Notes under the pieces: generated by a model | Told to the model about the DNA's origin: nothing | Seen by the model: the letters and a program-made list of their open reading frames with translations, nothing else | Database searches by the model: none | From: Lachnospiraceae bacterium | Lineage (GTDB): Bacteria; Bacillota_I; Bacilli_A; RF39; UBA660 | DNA length: 27,139 nucleotides | Reading direction: 5' to 3' | NCBI GenBank assembly: GCA_963632645.1 | Contig: CAVGVM010000053.1 | Coordinates: 1 to 27,139 of the forward strand | Position numbers and translations under genes: made by a program | Shown: positions 17,197-27,139 of the stretch, in pieces | How the letters are laid out: each line of letters starts with the position of its first letter | How positions within the stretch are numbered: position 1 is the stretch's first letter

Positions 17197-18440
17197 GAAA
17201 TGATATAGTTATTAGTGATGATGTTCTTGAGATGGGAAAATGTGCTGATTTAGAACTTTGTTCTATATATAGTAAGTGTGATGAGCTTTGTTTTTTGAAT
17301 ACTAGGAAGGTTCTTAATGCCTTTATTAATAATAATGTTTCTACTAATGATTTTAATGGTACGAATGGTTATGGTTATAATGATATAGGTAGGGAAAAGA
17401 TTGATTCTATATTTAGCGAGGTGTTTGGAGCAGAGGATGCTTTGGTTCGTGGGCAATTTGTGTCTGGGACTCATGCTCTTACGGTTTGTTTGTTTGCTAT
17501 GCTTAGACCTGGTGATGTTATGCTTAGTATTACTGGTGAGCCTTATGATACTTTACATGAGGTTATTGGTATTAGGGATAATTCTAGTAGTTTAAAGGCT
17601 TTTGGTGTTGGTTATGAGCAGGTTGATTTAATTAATGATGAGTTTGATGTTGAGGGTATAAAAAATGCTTTGAAGAATAAGAAGATTAAGTTGATTGAAA
17701 TTCAACGTTCTAAGGGTTATTCTAATAGAAAAAGTATTACTATTTCTATGATTCGTGATATTGTTAAGGAAATTAGAAGTGTTTCTAGTGATGTTATAAT
17801 AATGGTTGATAATTGTTATTGTGAATTTGTTGAGGAACTTTCTCCTTTGGAGGTTGGTGCTGATATTATGGTTGGTTCACTTATTAAGAATTTAGGGGCT
17901 GGTATTGTTCCGAATGGCGGTTATATTGCTGGTCGTAAGGATTTGGTTTATCTTGCTAGTGAAAGGCTTGCTGTTCCTGGGGAAGGTAAGGATATTGGTG
18001 CGACACTTGATATGAATATTAAAATACTTGAGGGTCTTTATATGGCTCCTTCGGTTGTTAATGCTAGTGTTAAAACTGCTATTTTTGCGGCTTATATGCT
18101 TGAGAAACTTGGATTTGAGGTTAAACCTAGATATAATGAGGAACGTGCTGATATAGTTGAGGCTATTATTTTTAATGATCCTGATAAACTTGTTAAGTAT
18201 TGTGGGGGGATTCAAATGGCCTCTGCTATTGATTCTTATGTTAGACCGATTCCTGATGATATGCCTGGTTATGGTGATAAAGTTATAATGGCGGCTGGTA
18301 CTTTTGTTCAGGGGTCTACTATTGAACTTTCTTGTGATGGTCCTTTTAGGGAACCTTATATTGCTTATCAGCAAGGCACACTTACTTTTGAATATGGTAA
18401 GTTAGGGGTTATGAAGGCTATTACTGAGATTAGGAAATAA
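17193..18440 (+). CDS. Methionine-gamma-lyase-like PLP enzyme (YnbB / aluminium-resistance family)
   Basis: GYGYNDIGR, FVSGTHAL, PYDTL.EVIG, IQRSKGY, VDNCY.EF, GSLIKN.G, AGTFVQGSTIELS.DGP; ATGA overlap with the SDR gene. Confidence 0.93.
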   Translation: MRNDIVISDDVLEMGKCADLELCSIYSKCDELCFLNTRKVLNAFINNNVSTNDFNGTNGYGYNDIGREKIDSIFSEVFGAEDALVRGQFVSGTHALTVCLFAMLRPGDVMLSITGEPYDTLHEVIGIRDNSSSLKAFGVGYEQVDLINDEFDVEGIKNALKNKKIKLIEIQRSKGYSNRKSITISMIRDIVKEIRSVSSDVIIMVDNCYCEFVEELSPLEVGADIMVGSLIKNLGAGIVPNGGYIAGRKDLVYLASERLAVPGEGKDIGATLDMNIKILEGLYMAPSVVNASVKTAIFAAYMLEKLGFEVKPRYNEERADIVEAIIFNDPDKLVKYCGGIQMASAIDSYVRPIPDDMPGYGDKVIMAAGTFVQGSTIELSCDGPFREPYIAYQQGTLTFEYGKLGVMKAITEIRK

Positions 18441-18441
18441 A

Positions 18442-18473
18442 AAAAACAGAGTTTTGTTTTAGACTCTGTTTTT
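18442..18473. terminator. Bidirectional terminator
   Basis: AAAAACAGAGT...ACTCTGTTTTT between convergent genes. Confidence 0.75.
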
Positions 18474-18480
18474 AGTTTCT

Positions 18481-19701
18481 TTATTTTTCTTTGTTTGTTT
18501 TTTTAGTATTTGTTTTTGTTTTGTTACTGGTTGTTTTGTTTGTTTTTGGTTTTTTGTTTTCTACTTTTGCTTCTACTATGGTTTCTTTTTTTGTTTCTTG
18601 TTTTGGTGTTTCTTCTTGTTTTTCTATTGTTTTTTGGTTGTTTTCATCTTTTTGAACAAGGTTCCAAATAGTAGAAAGCCCAAGTGTTAATGCTATTAAA
18701 CCTAATATTGTACCTAATACTGGGATTAACATTAGTAGTTTTAGTAGGATTATACCAATTATTCCAGATAGGTATTTGTTTGTGTTTAGGTTCATTAGTT
18801 TTTTTAGTAATAGGTTACCTAGTATGAATCCTGAAATAATAAATGATATGTAAAGGGCAATTAGATATAGTCCTGTGATTATTAGTCCTAGATATATTCC
18901 TATGTTACTTACTAATAGTAGAATGCTGATTAGTGGTATACATATTAGTAGTAGGAATCCTATACCGATATTTTTTAGATATTTTGTGTTTTTGTTATTA
19001 TAGATTTTTTCTGTTTTATCTATTGTTTGTGGTATTAGTATAGTTATACATAGGAATACTACGACCATATTTAGAATGCTTTGTAATATTTCTGTTGTAT
19101 TTATTTTTGTTTCATTGATTGTTTTGTATGTTTGTGTTTTTGCTATTTGGGCATTTTTTGATATGGTTTCTTTTGCAGTGTTGTTATATTTTAGTGTTCC
19201 TTCAATTTTAACATTATCTTTTATTATTATTTCTGATGTGTCTATGTTGATGTTACCGTTTATGGTTGTACCATTTTCAATTATTACTTTTGATGCGCTT
19301 ATGTTAATGTTTCTTTCTAAGTTACCATTTAGTGTTATGGTGTCTGCGACTAGGAATATGTCTCTTCCTATGCTAGCATCTTTTGTAAATGTTATTGTTT
19401 GTCCTGCGGCATATATGTTTTTTGTTATGTTACCGTTTATTGTTATGTTTTGTCCAGCGACGAAGCCATATTCTAGGTTTCCTTTTATGTTTATTGTTTG
19501 TCCGGCGATGAAGCCTATACCATCGATGTTTCCAGCCATATCGATGATGTTTCCGGCGATAGCACTATCACCGTTTACTGTGTCTTGTAGTTTTACGTTA
19601 TCATCTGATGTAGCATAGAAGTTGTTTATTTCTTTTGCTTCGACTGGTATTGCTATTATGAATGTTAGTAAAACTAGTAATGCTAATAATTTCTTTTTCA
19701 T
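18481..19701 (-). CDS. Membrane protein with signal peptide, bactofilin-like beta-helix repeats and C-terminal TM bundle
   Basis: Signal peptide ending VEA; about 17-aa repeats (AGQTINIKGNL, AGQNITINGNI, VADTITLNGNL); several TM helices with IPVLG; K/T-rich tail; AAGGAGG RBS. Confidence 0.8.
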   Translation of the reverse strand: MKKKLLALLVLLTFIIAIPVEAKEINNFYATSDDNVKLQDTVNGDSAIAGNIIDMAGNIDGIGFIAGQTINIKGNLEYGFVAGQNITINGNITKNIYAAGQTITFTKDASIGRDIFLVADTITLNGNLERNINISASKVIIENGTTINGNINIDTSEIIIKDNVKIEGTLKYNNTAKETISKNAQIAKTQTYKTINETKINTTEILQSILNMVVVFLCITILIPQTIDKTEKIYNNKNTKYLKNIGIGFLLLICIPLISILLLVSNIGIYLGLIITGLYLIALYISFIISGFILGNLLLKKLMNLNTNKYLSGIIGIILLKLLMLIPVLGTILGLIALTLGLSTIWNLVQKDENNQKTIEKQEETPKQETKKETIVEAKVENKKPKTNKTTSNKTKTNTKKTNKEK

Positions 19702-19828
19702 TATATAATCCTCCTTTGTTTAATTATAATACATTTGTTTTGGTTGTAAAAGAAATTTTTTTTATTTTTTTGTATATTTTTTGGTATTTTTAATCATTAT
19801 TATTTTGGATGAAAAAATTTTAAAAAAA

Positions 19829-19855
19829 TTAGCACTCATATATTGACAATGCTAA
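19829..19855. promoter_or_regulatory. CIRCE element 1 (HrcA operator) overlapping the -35
   Basis: TTAGCACTC-N9-CAATGCTAA versus consensus TTAGCACTC-N9-GAGTGCTAA. Confidence 0.85.
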
Positions 19856-19871
19856 CACATAATATTATAAT
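19843..19871 (+). promoter_or_regulatory. Consensus sigma-A promoter of the heat-shock operon
   Basis: TTGACA-N17-TATAAT. Confidence 0.92.
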
Positions 19872-19875
19872 GGTA

Positions 19876-19902
19876 TTAGCACTTGAGTATTAATTGTGCT
19901 AG
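19876..19902. promoter_or_regulatory. CIRCE element 2 at the transcription start
   Basis: TTAGCACTT-N9-TTGTGCTAG. Confidence 0.78.
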
Positions 19903-19916
19903 AAGAGGTGTTTTGT

Positions 19917-20906
19917 ATGCTTACGACAAGACAAGAAAGGGTTTTGGAAATCATTATTAGAGAATATGTTAAGAATGTTACTCCAGTGGGTTCTAAACTT
20001 ATATGTAATGAACTTAATTGTTCTTCGGCGACTGTTCGTAATGAAATGTCTGTACTTGAGAATTTGGGATATTTGGAGAAGACGCATATTTCTTCTGGAA
20101 GGGTTCCTAGTGAATATGGTTATCGTTATTATGTTGATAATCTTATGAAACCTAAGGAAATGACTGGTGAAGATATGTTGAAGCTTCAGACTATTTTTAA
20201 TAATAATAAGCTTGAGATTAATGATTGTTTGAAGAAGAGTTTGGAGATTATATCAGAACTTACTGATTATACTTCGGTTGTTTTGGGTTCTGATTCAAGT
20301 ACTAATAAGCTTAAAAAGGTTGAAATTCTTCCTCTTGATAGTGATAAGTCAATTGCTATTATTATAACTGATAAGGGACATATTGAACATAAGCAGATTA
20401 GAATAGAAGGTGTTAGTTTAGAGGAGATTAGTAAGAGTACTGAACTTATTAATAAACTTATTGTTGGTACTCCGATTAATGAGGTTAAGGAAAAGCTTGA
20501 GTTTGAGGTTAAACCTGTTATTAATCGTTATGTTAAGCAACATGAGGTTATATATAATGCTTTTTATGATGTGTTTAATGATTTTGTTATGAAGAGTGAT
20601 GTGTCTTTTGTTGGAAGAAATAAGATTTTAAATCAACCTGAATTTAATAATGTTGAAAAGATTAAAAAGATTTTTGATAAGCTTGATGATGATGCTTTGG
20701 TTAGGACTACTTCTTTGGACGATAAAGATATTAACATATATATTGGTAATGAGTCTAATGTTGATGAGGATGTTACGATTATAAAGACAAAGTATCAGAC
20801 TGAGGATGATGAGGGTGTTATTGCTATAATAGGTCCTAAGAGAATGGAGTATTCTAAGGTTGTTTCTCTTTTGAATTATGTTAAAGAGAATTTAGATAAA
20901 AAATGA
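19917..20906 (+). CDS. hrcA: Heat-inducible transcription repressor
   Basis: MLT.RQ..VL..II.EY....PVGSK, SSATVRNEM..LE..GYLEKTHISSGRVPS..GYRYYVD, IGPKRMEY; ATG 19917 after GAGGTG. Confidence 0.97.
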   Translation: MLTTRQERVLEIIIREYVKNVTPVGSKLICNELNCSSATVRNEMSVLENLGYLEKTHISSGRVPSEYGYRYYVDNLMKPKEMTGEDMLKLQTIFNNNKLEINDCLKKSLEIISELTDYTSVVLGSDSSTNKLKKVEILPLDSDKSIAIIITDKGHIEHKQIRIEGVSLEEISKSTELINKLIVGTPINEVKEKLEFEVKPVINRYVKQHEVIYNAFYDVFNDFVMKSDVSFVGRNKILNQPEFNNVEKIKKIFDKLDDDALVRTTSLDDKDINIYIGNESNVDEDVTIIKTKYQTEDDEGVIAIIGPKRMEYSKVVSLLNYVKENLDKK

Positions 20907-20918
20907 TGAGGAGTGTTT

Positions 20919-21479
20919 ATGGAAAAGAATAATGAAGATGTTAATGAAACTGTAGATAATGTTTCTTCTTGTGATGTTTCTGAAGTTTCTAATGAAAAGA
21001 AATCTAAAAAGGATAAAAAGAGTAAGAAGAATGATGAGATTTTAGAACTTGTTGGTAAGCTTAAGGCTTTTGAGGAGGAAACCCTTAGGGCTAAGGCTGA
21101 TCTTATTAATTATCGTAAGCGTAAGGATGAAGAAGTATCTAATATTCTTAAGTATTCAAATGCTGATATTTTGATGTCTTTGCTTCCTGTTCTTGATAAT
21201 TTTGAAAGGGTTATTGATAAAGAGGATGTTTTAGATGATGTTAAGGTATATCTTGATGGTTTTAGATTAATTTATAATCAAATTATTGATATACTTAAGG
21301 CTAATGATGTTAAAGAAATAGATGCTTTAGGAAAGCCGTTTGATCCTTTGTTTCATCAATCTGTTACTATGAGAAAAGATGAATCTAAGGAATCTGGTAT
21401 TGTGCTTGAGGTATATCAAAAAGGGTATACATATAAAGACAAAGTTTTAAGACCTGCAATGGTTATAATAAATGAGTAA
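20919..21479 (+). CDS. grpE: Nucleotide exchange factor GrpE
   Basis: RAKADLINYRKR, LLPVLDNFER, FDPLFHQSV, QKGY..KDKVLRPAMV; ATG 20919 after GAGGAG. Confidence 0.97.
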   Translation: MEKNNEDVNETVDNVSSCDVSEVSNEKKSKKDKKSKKNDEILELVGKLKAFEEETLRAKADLINYRKRKDEEVSNILKYSNADILMSLLPVLDNFERVIDKEDVLDDVKVYLDGFRLIYNQIIDILKANDVKEIDALGKPFDPLFHQSVTMRKDESKESGIVLEVYQKGYTYKDKVLRPAMVIINE

Positions 21480-23312
<1,833 letters not shown>

Positions 23313-23319
23313 TAGTAGT

Positions 23320-23342
23320 AAGCCTTACATTTTGTAAGGCTT
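23320..23342 (+). terminator. Stem-loop after dnaK (weak terminator or stability hairpin)
   Basis: AAGCCTTACA-ttt-TGTAAGGCTT with only a short U-tail. Confidence 0.55.
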
Positions 23343-23374
23343 CTAATATAAATAAATAATAAAAAGGAGAAACT

Positions 23375-25165
23375 ATGTCAAAACAAAGAAAAGAAATAAG
23401 TGATAAGTATAAGTGGAATTTATCTAAGGTGTATAGTAGTAGTGATGAAGTAAAGGCTGATATCAAGAAGTTGAAGGCTATGGTTGATGATTATTTGAAA
23501 TATAAGGGTAAGATTACTAGTAGTAGTGATATGCTTCTTAAGGCTACAGATGATTATTTTGCTCTTGCTAGAATTCTTGATAAGTTAATTGTTTATTCTC
23601 ATATGAAATTTGATGAAGATAAAGGTGTTTCAGAGAGTGAATCATTAATGGGAATTGTTGATAAGTTTGCAGATGAGGTATCTGAAAAACTTGCTTTTTA
23701 TACCCCAGAGGTGTTAAGTGCTGATTATGATAAAATTAAGGAGTTTATTGCTGATAATGAATCTTTAGAAAAATATAGTTTTATGTTTGAGGATTTATTT
23801 AGGGAAAAGAAGCATATACTTACTTTGAAACAAGAGGAAATGATGGCTCGTTTAGGAGAGGTTTTATCTAGTCCTGAAAATACTTTTAGAGTACTTGATG
23901 ATGTTAATTTGAAGTTTGATGATATAACTGATGAAAATGGTAATAAAGTAGTACTTAATAATAGTAATTATTCTAATTATTTAAAAAGTGAGGATAGAAA
24001 TGTAAGAAAAGAGGCATTTGAAAGTTTATATAAATCATATAGTAATTATAAGAATACTTTTGCTTCTTTACTTCGTGGTAATGTAAAGAGTAATTTCTTT
24101 GTTTCTAATACTAGAAAATATAATAGTCCTCTTGAGATGTCTTTGTATAGTGATAATATTGATAAAAAGTTATATACTTCTTTGATTGAGAAGGTACATA
24201 ATAATTTAGATATCATGAAGGAATATATGAAGGTTAGAAAAGATATTCTTGGTGTTAGTGATGTTCATATGTATGATGTTTATGCTCCGCTTGTTAAGAA
24301 TATAAGTAGGAATTATACTTTTGAGGAAGCAAAGGATCTTGTTTTAAAGGCATTAGAGCCTCTTGGAGAAACATATATTAATGATTTAAAAGGTCTTTTT
24401 GATAGTAATTGTATAGATGTTTATAATAATTTAAATAAGAGAAGTGGTGCTTATTCGTGGGGATGTTATGATACTTTACCTTATGTTTTACTTAATTTTG
24501 AGGGTAAGTTTTATGATGTTTCTACTATAGCACATGAACTTGGACATTCTATGCATAGTTTATATTCTACTAAGTATCAAGATTATCATGATCATGGATA
24601 TCCTATATTTTTAGCAGAGATTGCTTCGACTGTTAATGAGATTCTTCTTAATAAGTATTGTAGTTTACATGCTGAAAGTAAGGAAGAAAAGGCTTATTAT
24701 TTGAATAATTTACTTGAAAATTTTAGAACTACTTTGATTAGACAAACTATGTTTGCAGAGTTTGAACTTATGATTCATGATTTGGAGGAAAACGGAGAGG
24801 TTTTAACTGATGAACTTCTTTGTAATACTTATTTAAAGTTAAATAAGAAGTATTTTACTGATGAAGCTATTAGTGATGATTTGATTAAGTTTGAATGGGC
24901 TAGAATTCCACATTTTTATACTAGTTTTTATGTATATAAGTATGCTACTGGTATATCTGTTGCTTCTAGAATAGTTAGTGATATTTTAAGTGAAAAAGAG
25001 GGTGCTCTTGATAATTATATGAAGTTTTTAGCGAGTGGTGGTAGTGATTATCCACTTGAAATACTTAAGAAAGTTGATATTGACATAGAAAATGATGATA
25101 CAATAGATAAGGCTCTTGATATGTTTAGGGAAACTTTGAAAGAGTTTGAAGAAATAACGAAGTAA
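23375..25165 (+). CDS. pepF: Oligoendopeptidase F (peptidase M3B)
   Basis: [32 protein letters not shown] (HExxH), [26 protein letters not shown]. Confidence 0.96.
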   Translation: MSKQRKEISDKYKWNLSKVYSSSDEVKADIKKLKAMVDDYLKYKGKITSSSDMLLKATDDYFALARILDKLIVYSHMKFDEDKGVSESESLMGIVDKFADEVSEKLAFYTPEVLSADYDKIKEFIADNESLEKYSFMFEDLFREKKHILTLKQEEMMARLGEVLSSPENTFRVLDDVNLKFDDITDENGNKVVLNNSNYSNYLKSEDRNVRKEAFESLYKSYSNYKNTFASLLRGNVKSNFFVSNTRKYNSPLEMSLYSDNIDKKLYTSLIEKVHNNLDIMKEYMKVRKDILGVSDVHMYDVYAPLVKNISRNYTFEEAKDLVLKALEPLGETYINDLKGLFDSNCIDVYNNLNKRSGAYSWGCYDTLPYVLLNFEGKFYDVSTIAHELGHSMHSLYSTKYQDYHDHGYPIFLAEIASTVNEILLNKYCSLHAESKEEKAYYLNNLLENFRTTLIRQTMFAEFELMIHDLEENGEVLTDELLCNTYLKLNKKYFTDEAISDDLIKFEWARIPHFYTSFYVYKYATGISVASRIVSDILSEKEGALDNYMKFLASGGSDYPLEILKKVDIDIENDDTIDKALDMFRETLKEFEEITK

Positions 25166-25178
25166 GGAAGAGGTAGTT

Positions 25179-26309
25179 ATGGCAAAACGCGATTATTATG
25201 AGGTTCTTGGCGTTGATAAGAATGCTGATGAGAAAGAGATTAAACTTGCTTTTAGACGTTTAGCAAAGAAATATCATCCGGATGTTAACAAAGATAGTGG
25301 TGCTGAGGAAAAATTTAAGGAAGTTCAAGAGGCTTATGCAGTTTTATCTGATGAGAAAAGAAGGGCTCAATATGATAAGTTTGGGCATGCTGCATTTGAT
25401 GGTTCTGCAGGAGGTGCTGGAGCTGGAGGCTTTGATTTTTCTGGATTTGATTTTTCTGATTTGTCTGATATTTTTGATAATATGTTTGGTGGAGGAGCGA
25501 GTTCGTTTTCTTATTCTTCATCTTCTCGTGGTGGCTCTAGGAGAAAGACTAGAGGAAATGATAGTCTTTTAGTAATGGAAATATCTTTTATGGAGGCGGC
25601 ATTAGGTGCTGTTAAGGAGATTGAGATTACTACTACTGAGAAATGTAGTGAATGTAAAGGAAAAGGTGGCTTTGGAGAACATACTTGTGATGAGTGCCAT
25701 GGTAGTGGTACTATTACGGGCACACAAAATACAATATTTGGTAGTTTTTTAACAAAGACTACTTGTACTAGATGTAATGGTGAAGGTGTTGTTTATGATA
25801 AAGTGTGTTCTAAATGTCGTGGTAAAGGAAGAGTTAAAGTTGTTAAAGAAGTAGATGTTAAGGTTCCAGAAGGTGTTGATACTGGTAATAGAATTAGACT
25901 TTCTGATATGGGAGAAGCGTCTCCGAATGGGGGGCCTAATGGTGATTTATATATTGAGTTTAAAGTTAAAGAACATGATTTTTATGAAAGAGATGGAAAT
26001 GATGTTTATTTAGAACTTCCTATTACTATTACTGAGGCTATAATGGGAACTAAAAAGGATGTAAAACTTTTAAGAGATGTTGTTACTCTTACTATTCCTG
26101 CTGGATCTAATTCAGGAGATAAGCATAGATTAAGAGGTAAGGGTATAAAAGATGTTAATTATCATAATCATGGAGATTTTTATGTTGTTTTAAAAGTTAT
26201 TACTCCTAAAAAGCTTTCTCGTGAACAAAAGAAATTAATTGAAAAATTAAATGAAACAGATTTATCTGATAAAGTTATTGATAAATATAATAAATTTGTA
26301 GAGCAATAG
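25179..26309 (+). CDS. dnaJ: Chaperone DnaJ
   Basis: J domain with HPD, G/F-rich linker, four CxxCxGxG repeats, C-terminal domain. Confidence 0.98.
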   Translation: MAKRDYYEVLGVDKNADEKEIKLAFRRLAKKYHPDVNKDSGAEEKFKEVQEAYAVLSDEKRRAQYDKFGHAAFDGSAGGAGAGGFDFSGFDFSDLSDIFDNMFGGGASSFSYSSSSRGGSRRKTRGNDSLLVMEISFMEAALGAVKEIEITTTEKCSECKGKGGFGEHTCDECHGSGTITGTQNTIFGSFLTKTTCTRCNGEGVVYDKVCSKCRGKGRVKVVKEVDVKVPEGVDTGNRIRLSDMGEASPNGGPNGDLYIEFKVKEHDFYERDGNDVYLELPITITEAIMGTKKDVKLLRDVVTLTIPAGSNSGDKHRLRGKGIKDVNYHNHGDFYVVLKVITPKKLSREQKKLIEKLNETDLSDKVIDKYNKFVEQ

Positions 26310-26323
26310 TTTTGCTCTTTTTT
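26300..26323 (+). terminator. Terminator of the heat-shock cluster
   Basis: AGAGCAA-tagtt-TTGCTCT followed by a T-run, overlapping the dnaJ stop. Confidence 0.65.
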
Positions 26324-26348
26324 GTATATTAAAAGATATGATTTATAT

Positions 26349-26421
26349 AAGAAACAGAAAGCGCCACTGGATTAGGCCAATGACGCTTTCAGAATTTCCT
26401 TTTACCTTTGGTAAATGAGTT
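26349..26421 (-). ncRNA. Candidate about 73-nt sRNA convergent with dnaJ
   Basis: Minus strand: 5' hairpin TTTACC-aaa-GGTAAA, linker AGGAAATTCT, 14-bp stem GAAAGCGTCATTGG/CCAGTGGCGCTTTC with two G-U pairs, then TGTTTCTT tail; promoter directly upstream. Confidence 0.6.
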
Positions 26422-26427
26422 ATTTGA

Positions 26428-26456
26428 ATTGTAATACTTTTTAAATTAATTGTCAA
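26428..26456 (-). promoter_or_regulatory. Sigma-A promoter driving the candidate sRNA
   Basis: TTGACA-N17-TACAAT on the minus strand. Confidence 0.65.
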
Positions 26457-26758
26457 TGTTTTAATATAAATTGCGTTATTTGAATATATGTTATATGATG
26501 TACAGTTTTTTGATTAAATTTCATTTTTTATTTCATAATGTAATGAAAAAGTGAATGTTTATAAATATCTGTGATATACTTGTATTATTCTTGCTGTTGC
26601 TTCAATAACGTTGTGATTGGATGGCTATTTTATTTCTAAGTATTTAGCTGTTTTTTGAAAAAAAGTATATATGAAATATTTAATAGGTTTGAAAATATAA
26701 AGAATAAATTAATTGTATTAAAAATGGTGAAATTTATTTAAATAAAGGTGGTGAAGAA

Positions 26759-27139
26759 ATGGGAAAAGTGAATATTGATGTAAAAGAGATTGAAAAAATT
26801 ATAGGAGAATCAGTGCAAAGTATAGAAAAAATTACTTATGGGTATACGAATGAAATATATTCAATTAATGAAAGATATATTTTAAAGATTTGTATTAATG
26901 AAAGAAATAAAGAAAATTTTAAGAGAGCTAGTCTTTTTTGTCAAAAATATTATAAAAGTATTAATTGTCCAAAAGTTTTATATAGTTGTTTGAATACAGA
27001 TAATGTTTGGCAAATTGAGGATGAGTTTGAGGGAGAAAATTTATTTTTTAAGTGGAATAAGTTAAATAAAGATGAAAAAGAAGATGTAATTAGAAAAATT
27101 TGTAAAGAATTAAGAAAAATACATGAGATACCAGTAATG
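26759..27139 (+). CDS. Aminoglycoside phosphotransferase / choline-kinase-like protein, N-terminal part (3'-truncated by window; absent from ORF track)
   Basis: AAGGTGGTG RBS; MGKVNIDVKEIEKIIGESVQSIEKITYGYTNEIYSINERYILKIC...CPKVLY...FEGENL...W...ICKELRKIHEIP matches the APH-type N-lobe pattern (GxxN, YILK, PKV, G..L, L..IH). Confidence 0.8.
   Translation, partial: MGKVNIDVKEIEKIIGESVQSIEKITYGYTNEIYSINERYILKICINERNKENFKRASLFCQKYYKSINCPKVLYSCLNTDNVWQIEDEFEGENLFFKWNKLNKDEKEDVIRKICKELRKIHEIPVM

Overview
Chromosomal window from a very AT-rich Bacillota genome using the standard code (TGA acts as stop). Gene content and style suggest reduced gut Bacilli such as RF39, which is inference only. Strand asymmetry is extreme: the + strand is G/T-rich, and + and - genes differ in codon and amino-acid usage. 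Order: 3' end of an FGE/C-type-lectin-fold protein; a Crp/Fnr regulator divergent from nrdD-nrdG-dut-GNAT-hypothetical, with a perfect palindrome between them; an orphan gene; def; a class B sortase; a YjcZ-family small protein missed by the ORF track; ftsW/rodA; comEA-comEC; an accessory islet after comEC (dinD pseudogene, decayed duplicate of a comEC 3' segment, YhcG/DUF1016 nuclease), in which both genes carry an intragenic GC-enriched palindrome; a candidate sporulation-sigma sRNA; a DUF1113-type membrane protein; mscS; SDR; YnbB-like PLP enzyme; a bactofilin-like membrane protein; a CIRCE-controlled hrcA-grpE-dnaK-pepF-dnaJ cluster; a candidate minus-strand sigma-A sRNA; and the 5' part of an APH-like kinase. 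No rRNA, tRNA, CRISPR array, transposase, integrase or reverse transcriptase was seen.
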